A stretch of DNA of 64,000 nucleotides from Eledone cirrhosa (lineage: Eukaryota): positions 139,376,001 through 139,440,000 of the forward strand of contig OZ024742.1 in NCBI GenBank assembly GCA_964016885.1, read 5' to 3'. The position numbers and the translations under genes were made by a program. How positions within the stretch are numbered: the first letter of the stretch is position 1; each line of letters begins with the position of its first letter. Below are positions 42,974 to 57,357 of the stretch, one piece after another. The notes below the pieces were generated by a model, which worked only from the letters and a program-made list of their open reading frames with translations, ran no database searches and had not been told where the DNA came from.

Positions 42974-45555
42974 TCTTCTATATATATAAAAATGAATGTA
43001 TGTTTGTTTGTTTGTCCAAAGATATAAACGGAGAAAGAGAAATCAACGTATATTCAAACAGAGAGTGAAACAGCGAGTAGTCTGGCTGCTTTGAACCACT
43101 CCCTATATTAGACTGTCTCTAAAGTTATAAACGGAGAAAGAGAAATCAACGTATAGACAAAGAGAGAGTGAAAGAGCAACGTATAGACAAAGAGAGAGTG
43201 CTATAAACGGAGAAAGAGAAATCAACGTATAGACAAAGAGTGAGTGAAAGAGCGAGTGTGAAATTTTTTTAATTAAAGATAATTTCGATAGAATTAGTAT
43301 TCTCTCTTTAATTTAATATAATTTCAATAGAATTAGTAAATTCTCTCTTTAATTTAATATAATTTCAATAGAATTAGTATAGTGTCTGTTTCACATTACT
43401 TCCCTTCCACTCCCATTACAGGGAATTCTTTTTCAGCTAGCCCTTAACTAAGTGCTGTAATTTGATATCTTCATTTCGTCTGTCCTTATTTTCCTGACCT
43501 GGACACATACGTGGACCGACATCATTCCAAGAATTGAGAACAGTAAACGGTCAAGTATGTGCCACTTATCGTGAAGCTTGCCAAGAATTAAATCTTCTTG
43601 AAAATGATGGACATTGGGACACTTCACTCGCTGATGCATCGAATACTGCTCGACCAAAGCAAATACGCACATTATTCTCAATAATATTGAAAACGTGCTT
43701 CCCATCAAATCCAAAAGATCTTTGGGAAAAATATAAAGACTACATGAGTGAAGACATACGACATCGTTTGCGTGCAACAAATCAAAATATGAATATTCAA
43801 TTCACACAAAATGTGTATAATGAAGCATTGGTTTCCATTGAGGTCATATGTTTAGCAATCGCTAACAAAACATTGGTACAATTGGGAATGCCTGCGCCGA
43901 ATCGATCTGTAAACGACATTTTCGATCGTGATTTGCAACGAGAAACAAACTTTGATGTCGCCGAATTGGGTACATTTGTTCAAACGAATCTTCCCAAATT
44001 TCTACCAGAACAACGCATAGTATATGACCAAATTATGCAGGCAATTATAAGTCAAAGCGGCGGATTGTATTTTATAGGTGCACCCGGTGGTACAGGCAAA
44101 AATTTTCTCATTTCACTTATTTTGGCAACTATACGATCAGAAAATAATATTGCACTGGCAATCGCATCATCTGGAATTGCGGCAACTCTTTTAGATGGTG
44201 GCCGAACAGCACATTCAGCCCTGAAATTGCCATTGAATATGCAAATCGCTGAGACATCAACATGCAATATTACCAAAAATTCTGGTATAGGTAAAGTACT
44301 CCAATCATGTAAAATCATTATATGGGACGAATGTACTATGGCGCACAAAAAATCATTGGAAGCGCTTAATAATACGCTAAAAGATTTGAAAGGAAATGAA
44401 CAGCTCTTCGGTGGCACACTCATTATATTGTCTGGTGATTTTCGACAAACTCTACCAGTTATACCGCGATCAACACCCGCTAATGAGCTTAATGCATGTC
44501 TCAAATCATCAGTTTTATGGCGACACGTACAGAAATTAACTTTAAAAAACAATATGCGTGTACAACTACAAAATGACGCATCCGCTGAACGTTTCACAAA
44601 ACAATTGCTGGATATTGGGAATGGGAAAATGGTAATCGATGATTCCACAAAATGTATCACATTGCCAACAAACTTCTGTAGAATCACGGCAACCAGAGAC
44701 GAACTGATTCACAAAGTGTTCCCAAATATTGCGCAGCATTACAAAAATCATCACTGGCTCAGTGTACGTGCTATATTAGCAGCCAAAAACACCGATGTCA
44801 ATGCCATTAATTTCAGCATTCAAAACGAAATACCAGGCGAAGCGACAACGTATAAGTCCATCGATACTGTAATGAATCAAGACGAAATTATCAATTATCC
44901 AATTGAATTCTTGAATTCACTTGATTTGCCAGGCATGCCACCGCACATTTTAACATTGAAAATTGGCGTGCCTATCATCCTTCTCCGAAACATCAATCCA
45001 CCACAACTTTGCAACGGTACCAGACTTTCAGTGAAAAAGACGATGAACAATATCATCGAGGCTACAATTTTAAATGGAAAATTTAAAGGAGAAGATGTAC
45101 TCTTGCCACGCATCCCAATCATTCCAACAGATACGCCATTCGATTTCAAACGTTTGCAGTTTCCGGTGCGACTTGCCTTTGCAATGACTATCAACAAAGC
45201 ACAAGGACAATCGCTACAAGTGTGTGGACTAAATTTAGAAAATCCATGCTTCTCACATGGACAGCTGTATGTGGCTTGCTCACGCGTCGGTAAACCTTCT
45301 GATTTATTCGTGTACGCACCAGAAGGAAAAACAAAAAACATTGTGTATCCAAAAGCACTTCAGTAAAACAAATTAAATGTTCTTATAACGAATTTTCTTT
45401 AAATTCGTCAGTCATTCAGTCATTTAAAGATAAATGTTAAAATCTAAAAAATAGAAACTAAATTACAGAAGTTTTTAAATAACGATTAAAATGTTAATAT
45501 TATTCTTTTCTAAATAAGCTTTTTAACACTGAGCGAAGCCGGGTAGCTCCGCTAG
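42974..45555 (+). mobile_element. Internally deleted Helitron (2.58 kb) with both termini
   Basis: A|TC 5' end at 42974; 3' end ctgagcgaagccgggtagctccgCTAG|T; absent from sister duplication units; internal tandem repeats at 43020-43380. Confidence 0.9.
43534..45366 (+). CDS. Helitron RepHel C-terminal Pif1-family (SF1B) helicase, 610 aa, Rep domain absent
   Basis: APGGTGK (Walker A), IIWDECTM, GDFRQTLPV, LCNGTRL, FAMTINKAQGQSL and HGQLYVACSRV; starts at TTG at the internal deletion junction. Confidence 0.92.
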   Translation: MRTVNGQVCATYREACQELNLLENDGHWDTSLADASNTARPKQIRTLFSIILKTCFPSNPKDLWEKYKDYMSEDIRHRLRATNQNMNIQFTQNVYNEALVSIEVICLAIANKTLVQLGMPAPNRSVNDIFDRDLQRETNFDVAELGTFVQTNLPKFLPEQRIVYDQIMQAIISQSGGLYFIGAPGGTGKNFLISLILATIRSENNIALAIASSGIAATLLDGGRTAHSALKLPLNMQIAETSTCNITKNSGIGKVLQSCKIIIWDECTMAHKKSLEALNNTLKDLKGNEQLFGGTLIILSGDFRQTLPVIPRSTPANELNACLKSSVLWRHVQKLTLKNNMRVQLQNDASAERFTKQLLDIGNGKMVIDDSTKCITLPTNFCRITATRDELIHKVFPNIAQHYKNHHWLSVRAILAAKNTDVNAINFSIQNEIPGEATTYKSIDTVMNQDEIINYPIEFLNSLDLPGMPPHILTLKIGVPIILLRNINPPQLCNGTRLSVKKTMNNIIEATILNGKFKGEDVLLPRIPIIPTDTPFDFKRLQFPVRLAFAMTINKAQGQSLQVCGLNLENPCFSHGQLYVACSRVGKPSDLFVYAPEGKTKNIVYPKALQ

Positions 45556-46352
45556 TATATATATATAAATAGATGAATGATCCGAAAGACAAGAATAAAT
45601 TGCTAATTATTAACATTATGATATATATGTGTGCCTCATTTAATAATAAGACTGACGTTATTCGTTCTAAAATTATATTAATTACATCATTTGTATTAGA
45701 TAGCAAATGTATAAAAGCTAGGACTTCCATTAAACTATCCATGTTCGTGTAATATATTATTTATAAATGAAGACGGTGGATTGGCTGCATCGGTAGAGGG
45801 TCGGACGCCATGCTTTGAAGCATAGAGTTACGGCCCTTGCCATTTTGAGTTCAAACCCCACCTAGGTTAACTTTGCCTTTCAACCTTACGGGCTCGATAA
45901 AATGAAGTACCAGTAATGTACTGGGTAATTGCTGGCCTTGTACCAAAAGTAGAAACAATTATTTATAAATGAAAGCATTGCTATTTCTGATACAATATCA
46001 GTCGATCTGTCTTATTTGAATTTCTTTAGTACATAATTTTTTTTACTTTTTGCACAAGGCCAGCAATTACCCAGTGCATTGCTGGTACTTTATTTTATCG
46101 ACCCCCTAAGGATGAAAGGCAAAGTTAACCTCGGCGGGATTTGAAATCAGAATGGCAAGGGCCGTAACTATATTCGTCAAAGTATGGCGTCCAACACTGT
46201 ACGGATACTGCCAATCCACCGCCATTTCTTTAGTACTTAATGTTAAGAATTATCGTAACTTTCAATAATATATATATTGAACTGGTATTATAGAAAATAA
46301 ACAAAATAATTTTTAATCATTAACATTATAAGATATATCTCTGTATTTACAG

Positions 46353-46376
46353 CTCCAGCTACCGCTACATGTACAA
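46353..46376 (+). CDS. Micro-exon A3 (24 nt; xPATATCT)
   Basis: tttacAG|CTCCAGCTACCGCTACATGTACAA|GTAAGT. Confidence 0.75.
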
Positions 46377-46849
46377 GTAAGTAATCATTATATAACAATA
46401 CACATATTTTGTCCATATGAATTATTTTACAAGGATAGCGAGCAAATTTATATTCGTTGGTCGATTACAATCATTGAAAAATCAAATAAGGATTGCTTTA
46501 TAAAATGTATAATGAAGCTAATGATGACAGAAGCTGAAATACTTGAAGCCCTCAGCGGTTATACGATGAACATATCACCCGGCTACGGTGGTCTCCTCTA
46601 TGCGGTTTACATAGACATGTTAGATATGTTTTGCAATGATTATGATAGTCTTCTCTATGAGTTTAACATAGACATGCTAGACTTGTTCTTGACACTCCTT
46701 CAACCTGAATGCAGCACAAAGTATTAATACAGCGAAATTCTCTGTAATTCGGGGCGTAGTAAAGGTGATATATATTAATAAATGATCTAAAAGATATTAT
46801 TTAATTTTTCATTATCACCGTAATGATATATATTTATCTGTATTTACGG

Positions 46850-46867
46850 CGGCTGCTTCTACTAAAC
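46850..46867 (+). pseudogene. Dead micro-exon C3
   Basis: tttacGG|CGGCTGCTTCTACTAAAC|ATAAGT. Confidence 0.5.
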
Positions 46868-49381
46868 ATAAGTACTCATGATATAATAATATTTATTTTT
46901 GTCCATAAAGATAAATTATGTTTGTTACAAGCATAGCAGGTAAATTTACAGTCATTGATTTGTTACTATCTTTGATAAATCAGAAAAGAATTGTTTTATA
47001 AAATGTTTAATGAAACTTACTATAACAGATGCTGAAATATTTGCACACCTGGCCGGTTGATCAAGTGGCAAATCACCCGGTTACGATGGCCTCCTTTCTG
47101 AGGTTTACATAGACAAGCTAAACTTGTTCTCCGATGGTTATGATGGTCTCCTCTATGAGGTTTTCACAGACATACTTGATTTGTTCTGGGCTTAATCCAG
47201 AGAAGTCAGTGTGTCTCCAGCTCACTGCTTTAGTGTCAAATCCATGCAGTTCAACTGCTTTGACAAACACTGAACGGACGGACCAATGACATTTGTTTGG
47301 GTCGTCTGGTTTTGTTTACACCTCCAGGTGGTTAAGGACTGGGATGAGGTAGCATGGACATACACATACATACACACAAAGGCATTGTTTTGATATGCAC
47401 CCTTTTTTCCTGCTATTAATTTTGTCTCTCACTCTTTTAAGTTGTGAAATAGACTGGTTAGTTACGCACGCAGCTGACACATTTCAGCTCGCTACTATAT
47501 TGCTATATAATGGTTGATCGCATTTAAAGTCCGTTAAAGGTTCTTGGCACGAACATTGTTACCATCGCTTTCCTCTAGCCTTGGAGACATGAACCGAAAG
47601 CTACCATTCTATTTTATATCAATGTGAACTGCTATTTTTAAAGACCATCTTCTCACCCCTTGATAATTTGTGTGTGAGACACGTTGGCTGGGTTCTTCTG
47701 ACAGGAATGAAAAGATTTATTCTGTTTAGCTTCCCGTCCCCACGTAAAATTTGTAAATCAGTGGCTAGTTGAGTGATAGAGTCCTATCGGTTGCCAGTTG
47801 CTAATAGCTTTACCGTCTCAGTCGTCACAAACAGTCATGGCCGGCATAGACTGGTCTTAGGATTCTGTCGATCGATTGGTTATTGATTAGGCGATACCCG
47901 CTGATCAAGCTGCATAAGCCGATTGTGCATTGTTGCATAATATATGCAGACAGATGGTGCAGTGCACCTTACTGCTGCCTTAGTGCGGCAGAAACTCGAG
48001 TCCGGGTACCTTATAGACACCAGTTTTACGTGCGTTGTGTTGAAACAAATAACTTTGTGTATACTCTGGGAATGTATCTTACATTGCCCATGGAGTGCGC
48101 TGAGATACATATATATATATATATATGTGTGAGTGCGTATGTATGTATGTAATTCATCGACGACTAAACCTGCAACCCCACCAAATGGTATTAATTAATA
48201 ATGGTATTAATTAATAATTATTAATAATGTTATATCGTGCAATGGCCATACTCGATAACAAGGGGGCAGCCATCATGTATGTATATGATATTAAATAACA
48301 GTAAGTGTAAGTAGAATTCTAAAGTGTATATTTTACACACTATATATATATTTCTCAGTTTTCTCAAATGTCGCACGATAGTAAGTCTGTCGAGTGAGTA
48401 AAGCAGTCATTGTTGACTTTTAATTACGTTCTGGAGACTAAAATATATATAATTACTTATAGGGAGATTTTTTTCTTGAGTAGGTAAGGCGTTACAACGA
48501 AATATAAGGCCATATAATGTACCTTCGAATATATTCTTGCATTAATATCGTTTATAAAACAGAAAAGAATTGCTTAATTAAATGTTGTATATATATATAT
48601 GCGGTAAATTGATATATTATTTAATAATAAGACTGACGATATTAGTTCTAAAATTATATTAATTACATCATCTGTATTAGATAGCAAATGTATAGAAGCT
48701 AGGACTTCCATAAACTATACATGTTTCTGAAATATATTATTGATAAATGAAAGCGATGGATTGGCAGTATCGGTGGGGGGTCGGATGCCATGCATTGAAG
48801 CATAGAGTTACGGCCCTTGCCGTTCTGAGTTCACACCCCCACCTAGGTTAACTTTGCCTTTCAACCTTACGGGCTCGATAAAATAAAGTACTAGTAATGT
48901 ACAGGATAATTGCTGGCCTTGTGCCAAAAGTAGAAACAATTATTTATAAATGAAAGGAATGCTATTTCTGATACAATATCAGTCGATCTGTCTTACTTGA
49001 ATTTCTTAAGTACACAATTGTTTCTAGTTTTGGCACAAGGCCAGCAATTACCCAGTGCATTACTGGTACATTATTTTATCGACCCTCTAAGGATGAAAGG
49101 CAAAGTTAACCTCGGCGGGATTTTAACTCAGAATGGCAAGTGCCGTAACCCTATTCGTCAAAGCATGGCGTCCAACCTTGTACGGATACTGCCAATACAC
49201 CGCCATTTCTTTAATACTTAATGTTAAGAATTATCGTAACTTTTAATATTATATATTGAACTGGTGTAGGAAATAATGAAAATTATATACTATATATATA
49301 TAAATAGACGAATGATCCGAAAGACAAGAATAAATTGCTAATTATTAACATTATTATATATTTGTGTGTCTTTATTTACAG

Positions 49382-49405
49382 CGGGTGTTGCAGGTGGAAA
49401 TCAAC
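49382..49405 (+). CDS. Micro-exon B1 (24 nt; xGVAGGNQ)
   Basis: tctttatttacAG|CGGGTGTTGCAGGTGGAAATCAAC|GTAAGT. Confidence 0.75.
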
Positions 49406-49584
49406 GTAAGTACTCATGAAATATTAATACAAATTTTAGTCTATATAAATAATTTATTTTCCAATCATATCAAGTAACTTTGATACATTAATATCTTTTA
49501 TAAAGTAGAAAAGAATTGCTTTAAAAAATTAATAATGCAGCTAACGATAACAGAAGCCGAAATGTTTATATATATCGACCGAAA

Positions 49585-50160
<576 letters not shown>

Positions 50161-52122
50161 AATTCGTCGACGACTAAAGCTGCAACCCCACCAAGTTTAC
50201 TTGGTGAGGAGGGTGATTTTGGATACCCTGCAGGACAAAAAACAAAACCTAGCAAAGGACGGAAGAACCCTTAAGAGTCAACAGCCATCCAAAAATGTGT
50301 AAATATGTCTATACATATATATGTATATGTAAATCTGTATATGCATGTGTGCATGTATATGTATATGCGTGGGGACATTGAAATTGTCGGGCTGGATACG
50401 ATATCGCGCGGTTAAACCCCTGGGAGTGAAGGACCACTAGTCTTTGTCACGGCATTCTTCTAGGAAAAGGCAACTCAGGAAACTGGGATAACTCCGACAT
50501 AAAACCTGCGGCTCTGTAGTTGCCGATGATGTTGATCTTTTCTTCTTTTCGGGTTATAGCTACTGTCGCTCAGAGAATGGGATTGGCTCAGTGCACAGTA
50601 TTTCCTCACTTTAAAAAACATCTTCACGCACACGCATTGCACAATGGTATTAATTAATAATTATTAATAATGTTATATCGTGCAATGGCCATACTCGATA
50701 ACAAGGGGGCAGCCATCATGTATGTATATGATATTAAATAACAGTAAGTGTAAGTAGAATTCTAAAGTGTATATTTTACACACTATATATATATTTCTCA
50801 GTTTTCTCAAATGTCGCACGATAGTAAGTCTGTCGAGTGAGTAAAGCAGTCATCGTTCACTTTTAATTACGTTCTGGAGACTAAAATATATATAATTACT
50901 TATAGGGAGATTTTTTTCTTGAGTAGGTAAGGCGTTACAACGAAATATAAGGCCATATAATGTACCTTTGAATATATTGATTCATTAATATCGTTTATAA
51001 AAAAGAAAAGATTTGCTTAATTAAATGTCGTATATATATGCTGTAAATTGATATATCATTTAATAATAAAACTGACGATATTAGTTCTAAAATTATATTA
51101 ATGACATCATCTGTATTAGATAGCAAATGTATATAAGCTAGGACTTCCATTAAACTATACATGTTTCTGTAATATATTTTTTATAAATGAAAGCAATTCT
51201 ATTTCCGATAAAATATCAGATGATCTGTCTTATTTGAATTTTTTTAATACTTAATGTTAAGAATTATCGAAACTTTCAATATTATATATTGAACTGGTGT
51301 AGGAAATAAAAAAAATTATATCGTATATATATATATAAATAGATGAATGATCCGAAATAGAAGAATAAATTGCTAATTATTAACATTATGATATATATGT
51401 GTGCCTCATTTAATAATAAGACTGACGTTATTAGTTCTAAAATTATATTAATTACATCATCTGTATTAGATAGCAAATGTATAAAAGCTAGGACTTCCAT
51501 TAAACTATACATGTTTCTGAAATATATTATTTATAAATGAAGGCGGTGGATTGGCAGCATCGGTAGAGGGTCGGACGCCATGCTTTGAAGCATAGAGTTA
51601 CGGCCCTTGCCATTTTGAGTTCAAACCCCACCTAGGTTAACTTTGCCTTTCAACCTTACGGGCTCGATAAAATGAAGTACCAGTAATGTACTGAGTAATT
51701 GCTGGCCTTGTGCCAAAGGTAGAAACAATTATTTATAAATGAAAGCATTGCTATATCTGATACAATATCAGTCGATCTGTCTTGTTTGAATTTCTTTAAT
51801 ACATAATTGTTTCTACTTTTGGCACAAGGCCAGCAATTACCCAGTGAATTGCTGGTACTTTATTTTATCGACCCCCTAAGGATGAAAGGCAAAGTTAACC
51901 TCGGCGGGATTTGAACTCAGAATGGCAAGGGCCGTAACTATATTCGTCAAAGTATGGCGTCCAACCCTCTACGGATACTGCCAATCCACCGCCATTTCTT
52001 TAGTACTTAATGTTAAGAATTATCGTAACTTTCAATAATATAAATATTGAACTGGTATTATAGAAAATAAATAAAATAATTTTTGATCATTATCATAATA
52101 AGATATATCTCTGTATTTACAG

Positions 52123-52146
52123 CTGCTGTTGTCCCTAAATGTACAT
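52123..52146 (+). CDS. Micro-exon A4 (24 nt; xAVVPKCT)
   Basis: tttacAG|CTGCTGTTGTCCCTAAATGTACAT|GTAAGT. Confidence 0.75.
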
Positions 52147-52503
52147 GTAAGTAATCATTATATAACAATACACATATTTTGTCCATATGAATTATTTTAC
52201 AAGGATAGCAAGCAAATTTATATTTATTGGTCGATTACAATCTTTGAAAAATCAAATAAGGATCGCTTTATAAAATGTATAATGAAGCTAATGATAACAG
52301 AAGCTGAAATACTTGAAGCCCTCAGCGGTTATACGATGAACATATCACCCTGCTACGGTGGTCTCCTCTATGCGGTTTACATAGACATGTTAGATATGTT
52401 TTGCAATGATTATGATAGTCTTCTCTATGAGTCAAACATAGACATGCTAGACTTGTTCTTGACACTCCTTCAACCTGCATGCAGCACAAAGCATTAATAT
52501 ATA

Positions 52504-52548
<45 letters not shown>

Positions 52549-52765
52549 TAACAGATTAAAGTTTAAGCAAAGAATCGCTGCTTTCACCCTTAACGGGATC
52601 TTCTGAAACTTAAGGGTGAAAGCAGCGATTCTTTGCTTAAACTTTAATCTGTTATTTTAATAAATATTTGCTCTACGGTTCTTATATATTTGATATATAT
52701 TTATCCTTATCGAGCCCTCTTTGGATTTTAGTCTTCAAGTTTATTATTATTACTATATATACATA

Positions 52766-52836
<71 letters not shown>

Positions 52837-52870
52837 AGATTTGAATGGATACAGTTTAGTTGAAAGGAAT

Positions 52871-52987
52871 TTATTGACACGTGTTTCTATAACAGTTACA
52901 TAACCTAAAACAGCTATCTACAAACTTTTAGTTATGCAGACATTCAATATTTCAATGTTATTATTTACTGTCATTTCATCAGAATAA
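52871..52987 (-). ncRNA. Hammerhead ribozyme in the inverted 5' pLTR
   Basis: Reverse complement of 57358-57474. Confidence 0.75.
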
Positions 52988-53545
52988 TATTACTGAGGAC
53001 CTATTTAGTTTTTATAGAGAATATTAGGAGGGAGGGGTGAAGTTGTTAGAAGAATAGTTGAAGGAGTGGTTTTTCGATAGCAGTGAGAATTCTTGGTGGC
53101 AGTGAGTAATTAGATTCCCATCTGTTGTTTTGACATTTTTTATAGAATATATTATTGGTTATTTTTCTAAATCTATAGAAGGATTAGAGATAGTAAAGAT
53201 ATGCGTGGATGGTTTTGTGTTTGCACTTAATTAACATTCAGACTTAAATTTTTCTTTCAAGTGTACGTATCCTTTCACCCACGCATTCACACACAAATAT
53301 ATTTGCACACCTCTACAAAATACATATACTCACAATTCACATATTCATACTTACATATATATACACATGCATACACATATATATACACACATGTATTCAT
53401 GTACATACATACGCGCTCATGTGTATACATTTTCATACTCAACTTATCTTTATATACACACGTATAGACACACACATATGTACACACATACACATACTTA
53501 CACATCCATATACACATATATAAATACATATATACATATATATAG

Positions 53546-53618
<73 letters not shown>

Positions 53619-54091
53619 TACATATATATACATATACACATATATACATATACATATATATATAAGCACTTTAATACATGAATACACTTACATCTAACTA
53701 TACACATCAAACATATATATATATTTACTTATTTATATACATTTTCACATATATATACATACTTATGGACGTTTTTAGACACATTCATTATCGCATATTT
53801 GTACCTATTCTCATCAGCATATCTTTTCATTATTAGTATGGTAATTTAAGGTTATTAATATATGTTGAGAAGAGATTGTTTTTATATTTAAGGTTATTAA
53901 TATATGTTGAGAAGAGATTGTTTTTATATTTTTCTAACTAGATTAAGGTTTATATAGTTGGGGGATGTCCCTCTTTTATGTAATATTCGGCTTGTAGTGG
54001 GAAAAAAGGGTTTTAGTTCTGTGACGGCAAACGCAACCACAACAATGGAAAAAAGGGTTTTAGTTCTGTGACAGCAAACGCAACCACAACA

Positions 54092-56413
54092 ATGGAAAAA
54101 CACTACCTGGATATGTCACTCAAAAACATACCAACCCAAGGTAGAAGGGAATATTTATTGAGCATGATTCAAAAAACTAATGAATTCATTCGACGTGTCA
54201 GGTGGAAAACGCTCCACTATGATAGAAGCCGTATGAACTCAACATTAGAAAGTGGTGTAAACAACAAATTCGGTTTTAGGACTTGTAAAAACCCACCCAC
54301 CAACCCACTATTAGATGCATTTGAGCAGGACCTTATGAACTTAATCCTTAAAATTAAATTCAAAGGACGCAACACCAACAGCAAATTACAGAAAGATATA
54401 AAAAAACTACTGGACGACCTTAAAAACACCAAAGGAATTGTAGTAAAAGCGGACAAAACATCAAACCTGTACACTATGGATTGCACTACATACAACAACT
54501 TCATTCGAAAAGAATTACATAAAAAATATAGAAAAACGAGTGAAGTAACCCTTAAGCACATCAATGATGAGGCATGCGAAATAGTGAAAAATCTCGGAAT
54601 CGAAGATAGGACAGGACCACTCTTACCGGCGGTACCCACCTTCAATCTTAAGGACCACAAGGTAAACTTTGATAATGACCCTAAAATTAGATTAATCTGC
54701 CCCTCTAAATCAGATATAGGTAAAATAAGCAAATATATCTTAGATAGAATCATCCCCCAAATTAAGGCTAAGGTTAACATTAAACTTTGGGGGAAGACCC
54801 AAGAAGCAATAAGATGGTTTAATAGCATTAGCAATAAGAATAAATCTAAGTTTATCCAGTTTGATATCGATGAATATTACTCATCGATATCACCTGAAAC
54901 TTTGAATAGAGCCATTAAGTTTGCTAAGGATAACTCTGACCTTACAAACGATGAAATTAAGATTATATTAGAAGCTAGGAAAACTATAGTCAAATTTGAG
55001 AACAGTTATTGGGTACGTAAAGATAGACCCTCTAACTTTGACATAACAATGGGCTCTAACGATTCGGCGGAAATAACTGATATTGTGGGGTTATTTATCG
55101 CCTTTAGACTCCAGGAAAAATTCAGCAATCTCCACGGCGGAATATACCGCGACGACGTTCTCCTCCTAGCTAAAAACCTTAATAACCAAAAACTAGAAAA
55201 ACTACGCAAAGATATAAGAAAACTACTACTCGAAATAGGACTAACTATAACATATGAATACAACCTTAAAGTAGTTAACTTCCTGGATGTCACACTCAAT
55301 TTAAACTCTGGTTTGATTAAACCGTTTCATAAATTGAATGAAAATCTCAAATACGTAAATGTTGGGTCTAACCACCCCATCTCTATAATTAAATCTATCC
55401 CTAAAAATATTTCCCTTAGAATCTCGGGTCTATCTTCTAACATACAAGTATTTAAGGAACACGCCGAGTACTACGATAACGCCCTTAGTAAAGCAGGCTA
55501 CCTCAACAAAATAGAGTACATAGATGGGAACAATCAAAACACCCAAAATAAATCCCACATAGGTAGATATAATAACACAACACCAAACCACACTTACTAC
55601 CATAGTATGCACACCAGTAAACCAACAAACAAAACTAATAGAAAGCGATGCAAAGAGTACTTATGGTATAACCCCGAATACAATAGCTCCATTAGTACAA
55701 ATTTACCAGTACTCTTCTTTAAAATAATTAAAAGACATTTTCCCACATCACACAAATACCACAAAATCCTAAACCCTACCACTATAAGACTGTCATACTC
55801 TACAGCGTTAAACCTTGAACAACACATAAAAAAGATCAATACTAGAAGGTTAAACGAAAACACTAAGAACTTAAGTACAAAGAACACAAAAAAAACAGTA
55901 GACAATACACTACAGAACATAAATAAACCACACCTAAGTTCGTCCGCAATACTACTCCAGAGAAAACCCAACGTACACAACTGTAACTGCACCTATCCTG
56001 ACAACTGCCCCCTCGGCAATAACTGCCTGGAAAAAAATATTATTTATAAGTGTACCATTAAATCCGGAGGCAACGAGTGGTATTACGTGGGATCAACGGC
56101 AACATCGTTTAAATCTCGATTGTATAGGCATTCTTACTCAATAAAACACCAGAGCCAAAGAAATGTAACAACTTTAGCAGAAAAAGCTTGGACGCTCAGG
56201 GATAGCGACCAAAAGTTTACCCTAAAATGGGAAAAATTAGCTAAAACCCAAAGCTTTTCCAGGAGCCAAAATTTCTGCAAATTGTGTAATCTTGAGATTT
56301 ATTACATAATCACACACAAGAAGAAACTGCTGAATAACAGAATTGAACGAACATTATTCTGCCGTCACAGAACTAAAACCCTTTTTTCCCACTACAAGCC
56401 GAATATTACATAA
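54092..56413 (+). CDS. Penelope-like reverse transcriptase plus C-terminal GIY-YIG endonuclease (773 aa from the first ATG), uninterrupted
   Basis: SLKNIP, VKADKT, FDIDEYYSSI, ITMGS, GIYRDD, FLDVTL, CNC..CPLGNNC linker, NIIYKC...YYVG...R..H, CKLC and CRH motifs. Confidence 0.93.
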   Translation: MEKHYLDMSLKNIPTQGRREYLLSMIQKTNEFIRRVRWKTLHYDRSRMNSTLESGVNNKFGFRTCKNPPTNPLLDAFEQDLMNLILKIKFKGRNTNSKLQKDIKKLLDDLKNTKGIVVKADKTSNLYTMDCTTYNNFIRKELHKKYRKTSEVTLKHINDEACEIVKNLGIEDRTGPLLPAVPTFNLKDHKVNFDNDPKIRLICPSKSDIGKISKYILDRIIPQIKAKVNIKLWGKTQEAIRWFNSISNKNKSKFIQFDIDEYYSSISPETLNRAIKFAKDNSDLTNDEIKIILEARKTIVKFENSYWVRKDRPSNFDITMGSNDSAEITDIVGLFIAFRLQEKFSNLHGGIYRDDVLLLAKNLNNQKLEKLRKDIRKLLLEIGLTITYEYNLKVVNFLDVTLNLNSGLIKPFHKLNENLKYVNVGSNHPISIIKSIPKNISLRISGLSSNIQVFKEHAEYYDNALSKAGYLNKIEYIDGNNQNTQNKSHIGRYNNTTPNHTYYHSMHTSKPTNKTNRKRCKEYLWYNPEYNSSISTNLPVLFFKIIKRHFPTSHKYHKILNPTTIRLSYSTALNLEQHIKKINTRRLNENTKNLSTKNTKKTVDNTLQNINKPHLSSSAILLQRKPNVHNCNCTYPDNCPLGNNCLEKNIIYKCTIKSGGNEWYYVGSTATSFKSRLYRHSYSIKHQSQRNVTTLAEKAWTLRDSDQKFTLKWEKLAKTQSFSRSQNFCKLCNLEIYYIITHKKKLLNNRIERTLFCRHRTKTLFSHYKPNIT

Positions 56414-56730
56414 AAGAGGGACATCCCCCAACTATATAAACCTTAATCTAGTTAGAAAAATATAAAAACAATCTCTTCTCAACATATATTAATAACCTTA
56501 AATTACCATACTAATAATGAAAAGATATGCTGATGAGAATAGGTACAAATATGCGATAATGAATGTGTCTAAAAACGTCCATAAGTATGTATATATATGT
56601 GAAAATGTATATAAATAAGTAAATATATATATATGTTTGATGTGTATAGTTAGATGTAAGTGTATTCATGTATTAAAGTGCTTATATATATATGTATATG
56701 TATATATGTGTATATGTATATATATATGTA

Positions 56731-56775
<45 letters not shown>

Positions 56776-57357
56776 CTATATATATGTATATATGTATTTA
56801 TATATGTGTATATGGATGTGTAAGTATGTGTATGTGTGTACACATGGACTAGAGTATGTATGTATATATGTGTGTGTCTATACGTGTGTATATAAAGATA
56901 AGTTGAGTATGAAAATGTATACACATGAGCGCGTATGTATGTACATGAATACATGTGTGTATATATATGTGTATGCATGTGTATATATATGTAAGTATGA
57001 ATATGTGAATTGTGAGTATATGTATTTTGTAGAGGTGTGCAAATATATTTGTGTGTGAATGCGTGGGTGAAAGGATACGTACACTTGAAAGAAAAATTTA
57101 AGTCTGAATGTTAATTAAGTGCAAACACAAAACCAACCACGCATATCTTTACTATCTCTAATCCTTCTATAGATTTAGAAAAATAACCAATAATATATTC
57201 TATAAAAAATGTCAAAACAACAGATGGGAATCTAATTACTCACTGCCACCAAGAATTCTCACTGCTATCGAAAAACCACTCCTTCAACTATTCTTCTAAC
57301 AACTTCACCCCTCCCTCCTAATATTCTCTATGAAAACTAAATAGGTCCTCAGTAATA

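Noticed and set aside
43534-45366. Host PIF1 helicase gene
   Set aside because: It is intronless, has no ATG start, lies between Helitron termini and is absent from sister duplication units.
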